DNA of 32,000 nucleotides. Source: Candidatus Saccharimonas aalborgensis (GTDB lineage Bacteria > Patescibacteriota > Saccharimonadia > Saccharimonadales > Saccharimonadaceae). Below, in pieces: positions 25,832 through 32,000 of the stretch (the first letter of the stretch is position 1; every line of letters begins with the position of its first letter). A program made the position numbers and the translations under genes. The stretch lies in assembly GCF_000392435.1 (NCBI RefSeq), contig NC_021219.1:60001-92000 (forward strand), written 5' to 3'. The notes under the pieces are model-generated. The model worked only from the letters and a program-made list of their open reading frames with translations. It had not been told where the DNA came from and made no database searches.

Positions 25832-27610
25832 ATGAGTCATCAGATCAAAAAACACTTGGGGGCGATTGTTCGGCATAATGGTGTCGAGTTTCGCGTTTGG
25901 GCGCCATTTGCAAAAAATGTCAAACTCCTTACCCCCTATCTTGGAGTATTTGATGGCAGCAATACCTACGATATGCTCAGCGAGAATGACGGATACTGGT
26001 CAGCATTCGTCAAAGATGCAGAAGTCGGCCAAAATTATAAGTTTTTGATCGACACCGGCAATGAGCTGCTGACAAAAAATGACCCGCGCGGACGCGCACT
26101 CACCGCAAGCGACAATGGCGTATCGGTGGTCGTTGGGTCAGATTTCGACTGGGGCGACGACCTTTTCATGCCAATTCCAAGGGAGCAGCAGATTATCTAC
26201 GAACTTCATATCGGCACCTTTAATCGCCGCGACCCCGCTACGACCGGCACCTTCTACGATGCAATCGAAAAACTTGACTACCTCCTAGACCTCGGCATCA
26301 ACATGATCGAGGTCATGCCGGTTACCAGCATGGCGTATAGCAACGGCTGGGGCTACAACGTCACCGACGTATTTTCGATCGAAAATGCCTATGGCGGGCG
26401 CCATGGACTTATGGAGTTTGTTAAAGCCTGCCATATGAGAGGTATCGGTGTCATTATTGACGTGGTGTACAACCATTTCATGAGCGGCGACCTATGGCGT
26501 TTCGATGGATGGTATGAAAACGACCGTGGTGGCATCTACTTCTACAACGACTGGCGAGGCGATACTCCCTGGGGCGCACGACCTGACTATGGAAGAGCCG
26601 AGGTGCGACAATTTCTGATCGATAGTATCGTGATGTGGTTTAACGAATACCGCGTTGATGGTCTCAGGCTTGATAGCACGGCTTATATGCGCAACACGCT
26701 CGGCTACAATGATGATCCCGCCCATGATGTCGATGGCGCCTGGAGCCTCATGCAGGATATTACTGATGTGGCGCACAGGATACGGCCCGGCTCCATCGTT
26801 ATCGCAGAAGACACCTCGGGCAATGACTATATAACGAAGCAGCGCCAGGATGGTGGATGTGGGTTTGACGCGCAGTGGGGTATTCCTTTTCCACACGCTA
26901 TCCGGAAAATGCTCGGACTTGGTACCTCATGGCCAGTTGATCTCGGTGAGCAACTGCTTCGAGCGTATAATGGTGATGTCTTTCAACGCGTTATCTTTAG
27001 TGACTCTCACGATACCGCAGCCAATGGCTCAACCCGCATTACCAGCGCTATTTCACCAGAAAATCCCAATAGCACGAGGGTGCGTCAGGACACAATTATT
27101 GCGTCAGCAATCACCCTTACGTCACCCGGTATTCCTATGCTACTTCAAGGCCAGGAGTTTTTGCAGGAGGGTGCATTCACTGATTGGCAAGTGCTCGAAT
27201 GGGAAAAAACTGAGCAATTCGCCGGCATCGTGAAAGCCCACCAAGACATCATCGACCTCCGCAAAAATACCTACGGCAATACAAGTGGGCTACTTGGGCA
27301 ATCAGTTAGAGTGTTTCATAGAAACGATCAGGGCCAAGTGTTTGGTTATCATCGCTGGAGCCGAGGCGGGCCAGGCGACGATGTGCTCGTGCTGATTAAT
27401 TTTGGTGATACCGAATATCACGAGTATCATCTAGGCTTTCCGCGCCCAGGTGAGTGGCGAATACGGTTCAACAGCAGCTGGCAAGGCTATAATAGCGACT
27501 TTCCCGAGTTAACTCCGGACAGCGTATCCACCGACGATAGCTGTAATCTCGCCATGGACATCCCAGCACGCAGCGTGCTCATTTTGTCACAAGACGCTAC
27601 TGCTTCTTAA
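25832..27610 (+). CDS. GH13 family enzyme with N-terminal CBM48, 1,4-alpha-glucan branching enzyme-like
   Basis: VEFRVWAPFAKNVKLL, YELHIGTFN, VIIDVVYNHF, YRVDGLRLDSTAYM, IAEDTSGND, FSDSHDTAANG. GlgB versus TreZ cannot be decided by eye. Confidence 0.85.
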   Translation: MSHQIKKHLGAIVRHNGVEFRVWAPFAKNVKLLTPYLGVFDGSNTYDMLSENDGYWSAFVKDAEVGQNYKFLIDTGNELLTKNDPRGRALTASDNGVSVVVGSDFDWGDDLFMPIPREQQIIYELHIGTFNRRDPATTGTFYDAIEKLDYLLDLGINMIEVMPVTSMAYSNGWGYNVTDVFSIENAYGGRHGLMEFVKACHMRGIGVIIDVVYNHFMSGDLWRFDGWYENDRGGIYFYNDWRGDTPWGARPDYGRAEVRQFLIDSIVMWFNEYRVDGLRLDSTAYMRNTLGYNDDPAHDVDGAWSLMQDITDVAHRIRPGSIVIAEDTSGNDYITKQRQDGGCGFDAQWGIPFPHAIRKMLGLGTSWPVDLGEQLLRAYNGDVFQRVIFSDSHDTAANGSTRITSAISPENPNSTRVRQDTIIASAITLTSPGIPMLLQGQEFLQEGAFTDWQVLEWEKTEQFAGIVKAHQDIIDLRKNTYGNTSGLLGQSVRVFHRNDQGQVFGYHRWSRGGPGDDVLVLINFGDTEYHEYHLGFPRPGEWRIRFNSSWQGYNSDFPELTPDSVSTDDSCNLAMDIPARSVLILSQDATAS

Positions 27611-28452
27611 TATTCTAGCTCGGCACGTACCGGCCGATGGTCTGATCCGACGTCTCGCCATACTTTATAAGCATGCGTCTTGAAATGGTGCGAACCAAAT
27701 ATCCAGTCAACTTTCGCAAGACGAATCGAAGGAATCCACTCCACTCCGTGTTGCTTGCCCGAGATAGTGAGATGATGACCTGGATCGAGATCGTGAAGCT
27801 GCGAGTGACTCACCATGTAGTCGATGGTGGTCCCGCTGGCCATTTCATGAGCGCGCGATGCAATACTGCGAATCAGATCGTGCGGTGCCCGGCCCACAAC
27901 TGAATGCAACAAACGATTTCGAGCAATACGTGCACTCTGTGATCGGCTTCGCATGGCATTGAAATCCCCCATAACAAGCGTTGGGCAAGCCATCTTTCCG
28001 ATTGCTTGAACCAGGTCTTCGGCTTGCTTGAGACGCATTGTCTCACTGTTATCATCAAGATGGACCCCGATGATTCGCAGTTTTTTGCCGGCAGCGTCAC
28101 GACACGTTACGTCAAGTGCATTGCGGACTCCCCCAAGTCTGAGTGTCGTTGAAGAAACCAATTTACACCGTGTAAAAATAGCAAGTTCATAAGGATAGCT
28201 CTGATTCTTCGTATGATAATAAGCGGGGTCAGGATCATACGGCACCGTGGCGATTTCGTACCCAAGATAATTCATCGTGACGCGTACGTGTTCTGGCATC
28301 GCACCATGCTCCCCGAACTCAGGTATGACCACTATATCTGCGTCGAGTTCCTTTATGACCGCAATGCCATCGTGGTCATTGGCACGAATCGTACCGACGT
28401 GTTCGTCAAACATGCCTTCGGCATTCCACGTCACCACTCTCAGTTTGTTCAT
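27607..28452 (-). CDS. Endonuclease/exonuclease/phosphatase (EEP) family protein
   Basis: [61 protein letters not shown]. Confidence 0.88.
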   Translation of the reverse strand: MNKLRVVTWNAEGMFDEHVGTIRANDHDGIAVIKELDADIVVIPEFGEHGAMPEHVRVTMNYLGYEIATVPYDPDPAYYHTKNQSYPYELAIFTRCKLVSSTTLRLGGVRNALDVTCRDAAGKKLRIIGVHLDDNSETMRLKQAEDLVQAIGKMACPTLVMGDFNAMRSRSQSARIARNRLLHSVVGRAPHDLIRSIASRAHEMASGTTIDYMVSHSQLHDLDPGHHLTISGKQHGVEWIPSIRLAKVDWIFGSHHFKTHAYKVWRDVGSDHRPVRAELEY

Positions 28453-30419
28453 TTCATCTTTCCTTTGATTTCAGCGATGAGATCACGCAGTTCTGCGGCT
28501 CGTTCAAACTCGAGATTGGCACTGGCGAGACTCATCTGTCCCGTCAAGTCTTTTACGAGGCTCGCATACTCATCTTTCGGTATTTTATTGAGATTGAGTT
28601 TCTTCTCGATTGACTCTTTCTGCGGAATGATGGCACGAAGGCCTTCGTCGATGCTTTTGTCGACACCCCGCGGGGTGATGTCGTGCGCTTCGTTATATTT
28701 TTGCTGAATATCACGTCGGCGATTCGTTTCGCTGATTGCGCGCTTCATGCTGTCGGTCATGACATCGCCGTACATAATCACCGTGCCGTCGACATGCCTG
28801 GCAGCTCGTCCAATTGTCTGTATGAGGCTCCGCTCACTCCTCAAAAATCCTTCTTTGTCCGCGTCGATAATTGCCACGAGTGATACCTCTGGCAGATCAA
28901 GCCCTTCACGAAGTAGGTTGATTCCAACCAACACATCGTATACTCCCATGCGCAAATCACGCAAAATGTCACCTCGCTCCAATGTATCAATATCGCTGTG
29001 GATATAAGCCGTCTTAATACCAAGATCGATGAGATGTGCCGATAGATCCTCGGCCATTCGCTTAGTCAGTGTCGTGACAAGAACACGCTGCTGCTTTGCA
29101 GTTCGTTCACGTATCTCGGAGATCAAATCGTCTATCTGACCTTTGGTTGGGCGTACTTGTATCTCGGGGTCAAGCAACCCTGTCGGTCGAATCACCTGCT
29201 GAGCTGGGGTCGGGCTATGCTCCAGCTCGTAGTCCGCTGGTGTTGCCGAGACGTAAATAACTTGATTAATGTGTTTTTCAAACTCATCAAAACGAAGCGG
29301 TCGGTTGTCGAGCGCGCTCGGTAGCCGGAAACCGTGTTCGACGAGCACTTCTTTGCGGGCGCGGTCACCATTGAACATACCTCTCACTTGAGGCAGCGTC
29401 ACATGGCTCTCGTCGACAAAAAGCAAAAAATCATCGGGGAAATAATCGAGCAATGTGGCGGGCTGCTCACCTGGCTCACGATCAGTCAGGTAGCGGCTAT
29501 AGTTTTCAATTCCCTTAACAAATCCTGTTTCCTCTAGCATTTCAAGATCAAACTTTGTTCGCTGCGACAAGCGCTGTGCTTCGAGATATTTGTCATGCGT
29601 CTCAAACCACGCCAGTCGCTCGTCAAACTCTTTTTTGATGCCTTCGATTGCTCGTTCCACTTTTTGCTTTGGAGTGACGTAGTGGCTTGAAGGAAAAATC
29701 GAAACGGCTTCTGGCTCAGAAATTATTTCGCCAGTAAGCGGATCGATCGTTGTGATGCGTTCAACTTCGTCTCCAAAAAACTCTATTCGTACCGCAATAT
29801 CACTCCCAGCCGGAAAAACATCCACCACATCACCACGCACCCGAAATGTGCCCCGAGCAAAATCTATGTCATTTCGCTTGTACTGAATGTCAGTCAACTG
29901 GCGAACAAACTTATCCTGGAGACGCCGTTCTCCGCGCACGATTTTCATCGACATCTCAGCATAATCATCTGGCGAACCGATACCATAGATGCAGCTGACA
30001 CTCGCCACAATAATGCAATCTCGGCGCGTTAAAAGCGCACTTGTCGCCGCGTGGCGCAAACGATCGATTTCTTCATTGATGGCCGAATCTTTTTCGATGT
30101 ACGTGTCACTGCTCGCAATATATGCCTCGGGCTGATAATAATCAAAGTAACTGACAAAATAATGCACTTCGTTATCAGGGAAAAACTGCTTGAACTCACT
30201 AAATAATTGCGCTGCAAGCGTCTTGTTGTGGGCCAATACTAGTATCGGTACATTTCGCTTGGCAATGATATTTGCCATGGTGAAAGTTTTGCCACTCCCC
30301 GTCACACCGAGTAGGGTTTGTTGACGCGTTCCTGCGTCGAGTCCGGCCAGCAATTGAGTAATAGCCGTCGGCTGATCCCCAGTCGGTTTATAGGGCGAAG
30401 AAAGCTGAAATATATCCAC
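28449..30419 (-). CDS. uvrB: Excinuclease ABC subunit B
   Basis: [82 protein letters not shown] start. Confidence 0.98.
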   Translation of the reverse strand: MDIFQLSSPYKPTGDQPTAITQLLAGLDAGTRQQTLLGVTGSGKTFTMANIIAKRNVPILVLAHNKTLAAQLFSEFKQFFPDNEVHYFVSYFDYYQPEAYIASSDTYIEKDSAINEEIDRLRHAATSALLTRRDCIIVASVSCIYGIGSPDDYAEMSMKIVRGERRLQDKFVRQLTDIQYKRNDIDFARGTFRVRGDVVDVFPAGSDIAVRIEFFGDEVERITTIDPLTGEIISEPEAVSIFPSSHYVTPKQKVERAIEGIKKEFDERLAWFETHDKYLEAQRLSQRTKFDLEMLEETGFVKGIENYSRYLTDREPGEQPATLLDYFPDDFLLFVDESHVTLPQVRGMFNGDRARKEVLVEHGFRLPSALDNRPLRFDEFEKHINQVIYVSATPADYELEHSPTPAQQVIRPTGLLDPEIQVRPTKGQIDDLISEIRERTAKQQRVLVTTLTKRMAEDLSAHLIDLGIKTAYIHSDIDTLERGDILRDLRMGVYDVLVGINLLREGLDLPEVSLVAIIDADKEGFLRSERSLIQTIGRAARHVDGTVIMYGDVMTDSMKRAISETNRRRDIQQKYNEAHDITPRGVDKSIDEGLRAIIPQKESIEKKLNLNKIPKDEYASLVKDLTGQMSLASANLEFERAAELRDLIAEIKGKMK

Positions 30420-30442
30420 TCAACTATTATACGCGATCGAGC

Positions 30443-31228
30443 TTACTTGTAGTGAGCACTACGGAGAATATCGTAGGCCTTGTTCATGTCACTTGTGTTC
30501 AGGCTGTCAAACGCAGCAGTTTTCGTATCGTATTTTGGTAAACTCGATGTTCCACCAAATCCTACCGAGCTAAATGAAAGCTGGCCATGTGCGCCATTAC
30601 CATAATCCAGTTTCTTACCGCTAATGAGTGGCGTATACCCAAATCCACAGTTCTGCGTTTCGCCCAAGTTTGTTAGTTCTTTTGCAGTAGTAAGGTACAT
30701 CCCTGCATGGTATTTTCCATCAATACCCTTGCTTACTACTCGAACGGCGTACGCTCTGTCATCTGACCATTCATCCGCATAGCCCGTTAGCTTCGTCGTA
30801 TACACCGACATCACTGAGAGGGGCGATTTATCTTCATCTGAGCATACGCCGCCAATACCGCTAATCCCTGATTCTAGACCCAACACTTTTGTGCCAGTTT
30901 CGTTTCGTATTTCAAGACGATCTATCTTGTACTCTCCTGATAACCGTCCGTCTGTAGGCTGCCCAAGATCAACCACCTTCCAGGTGTCCGGCATAGTGAA
31001 GCAGAGCTGCTCATACGTAGCGCAATATTCTTTCGAAACAACAGTAGTTTTTACTTCGTCCGATTTTGTTGTGTTTGAAACTGTATTTGTTTGTGTGGTT
31101 GATTGTTTGACGATGAAGTTTTGGTAAAATACCACACCGAGTGCCGCCACAAGCGCAACCACAAGGCCGACGATTATGATGACGTGTGCGCTACCGTGTT
31201 GGTCATATCTATTGCTCATTTCACTCAT
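30443..31228 (-). CDS. Membrane-anchored hypothetical protein (261 aa)
   Basis: One N-terminal TM (VIIIVGLVVALVAALGVVFYQNF) and extracytoplasmic domain. Confidence 0.7.
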   Translation of the reverse strand: MSEMSNRYDQHGSAHVIIIVGLVVALVAALGVVFYQNFIVKQSTTQTNTVSNTTKSDEVKTTVVSKEYCATYEQLCFTMPDTWKVVDLGQPTDGRLSGEYKIDRLEIRNETGTKVLGLESGISGIGGVCSDEDKSPLSVMSVYTTKLTGYADEWSDDRAYAVRVVSKGIDGKYHAGMYLTTAKELTNLGETQNCGFGYTPLISGKKLDYGNGAHGQLSFSSVGFGGTSSLPKYDTKTAAFDSLNTSDMNKAYDILRSAHYK

Positions 31229-31281
31229 GTATCCTATTTATGCTTTTACCATTAGTATACTCTTCGTAATAATGATTACAA

Positions 31282-31902
31282 TTATCCTCTCCGTTTGGTA
31301 TGAATTTCATCGGGAGCTATCTCGTCGCGTGCATAATCAACATCATGAAAATCAGCGTAATGTTTATCGAGCGCCTCTACTACTTTTGATACGAGTCGTT
31401 TTGGATCGGTATCGTATATGACATCCTTTGCTCCTGGAGCTTCGATATATTTGAGAAGCGTTGCGGCATAATCAGCAAGTCCACCGCTGCCGAGCAAAAT
31501 ACCGCATACCTTTCGACTTTCGAGGGCGGTCGCAAACTCGTGCAAGCTTCCCATACGACCACCGACGGTGATAACCGCATCCGCGCTACGCACGAGATGT
31601 ACATCACGACCGACGTATTCCATACTGGTAAAGTTGATGTAGTCAAACTCTTTGGTAGGTAGCCGATAGGTAGCGACGTGTTCTCGGTATGAGCTTGCTG
31701 GTGAAAAGCCGATCGATACACCTTTGGAGTTTTTTACGCTAAAAAAACCTTGCGCCGCATAATGCGGTAACCCCACCGTTGCGCCAGTTAGGAGTGTCTT
31801 ACCCGCCTTTGCAATTTCAGCACCGAGCGCATACGCCAGGTCATGTGCTTCTTTAACTGTCTCGCCAGAGGCTGCCCCCGACACGCATATTTGGTATTTC
31901 AT
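31282..31902 (-). CDS. LOG-like/TIGR00725-type putative nucleotide-binding protein
   Basis: Rossmann-like N-terminus; GKTLLTGATVGLPHYAAQGF, ADAVITVGGRMGSLHEFATALESRKVCGIL...GGLADYA. Confidence 0.75.
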   Translation of the reverse strand: MKYQICVSGAASGETVKEAHDLAYALGAEIAKAGKTLLTGATVGLPHYAAQGFFSVKNSKGVSIGFSPASSYREHVATYRLPTKEFDYINFTSMEYVGRDVHLVRSADAVITVGGRMGSLHEFATALESRKVCGILLGSGGLADYAATLLKYIEAPGAKDVIYDTDPKRLVSKVVEALDKHYADFHDVDYARDEIAPDEIHTKRRG

Positions 31903-32000
31903 CCGTGAATCTCCTCTGCCTTATACCACTCAGGTGCTTTTGCTATATATTCCTCAACCTCTTTTGGACGCAATAATCCGGCTTGTGCTCCTAGTTGCTG
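31899..32000 (-). CDS. C-terminal end of an upstream ORF (ends ...QQLGAQAGLLRPKEVEEYIAKAPEWYKAEEIHG*)
   Basis: Open frame from the window edge, stop TGA overlapping the ATG of the LOG-like gene (ATGA coupling). Confidence 0.6.
   Translation of the reverse strand, partial: QQLGAQAGLLRPKEVEEYIAKAPEWYKAEEIHG

Overview
This 32 kb window is a compact, gene-dense chromosomal segment. Its small membrane proteins, split housekeeping operons and SpoU/PilB/GatCAB/UvrB content look like Candidatus Saccharibacteria (TM7/CPR); that lineage call is inference. Supported genes: queA, an integral membrane protein, tgt, a YhhQ-type queuosine-precursor transporter, a secreted-looking HNH/DUF1524 nuclease, an M1 aminopeptidase, an RNase HII-YraN fusion, rplS, malic enzyme, an FHA-PP2C phosphatase, a PilB/GspE-type ATPase, a SpoU/TrmH methylase, dnaE, three small envelope proteins, galU, gatB/gatA/gatC with an extra ORF between gatA and gatB, a GH13 glycogen-branching-like enzyme, an EEP-family hydrolase, uvrB and a LOG-like protein. 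No CRISPR array, transposase, tRNA or rRNA was seen. The most interesting unexplained structure is non-canonical: (1) a roughly 100-nt multi-hairpin dispersed repeat in three intergenic copies, two of them identical over an 83-nt core; (2) several very GC-rich small genes with foreign-looking codon usage, each behind an AT-rich consensus promoter with 17-nt spacing, two of which share a 'long structured leader - SD - ORF - large GC hairpin - ~30 nt - small terminator' layout, one of them enclosed by a perfect 15-bp inverted repeat; (3) widespread leaderless architecture, with a -10 box 6-9 nt upstream of the start codon at 13 genes; (4) a duplicated bipartite terminator; (5) a membrane-anchored ORF with an RNxxxH HEPN-like motif inside the gatCAB operon; and (6) a PilB-like ATPase lacking the tetracysteine motif beside an FHA-PP2C fusion. 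All coordinates, arms and spacings were read by hand and should be recomputed.
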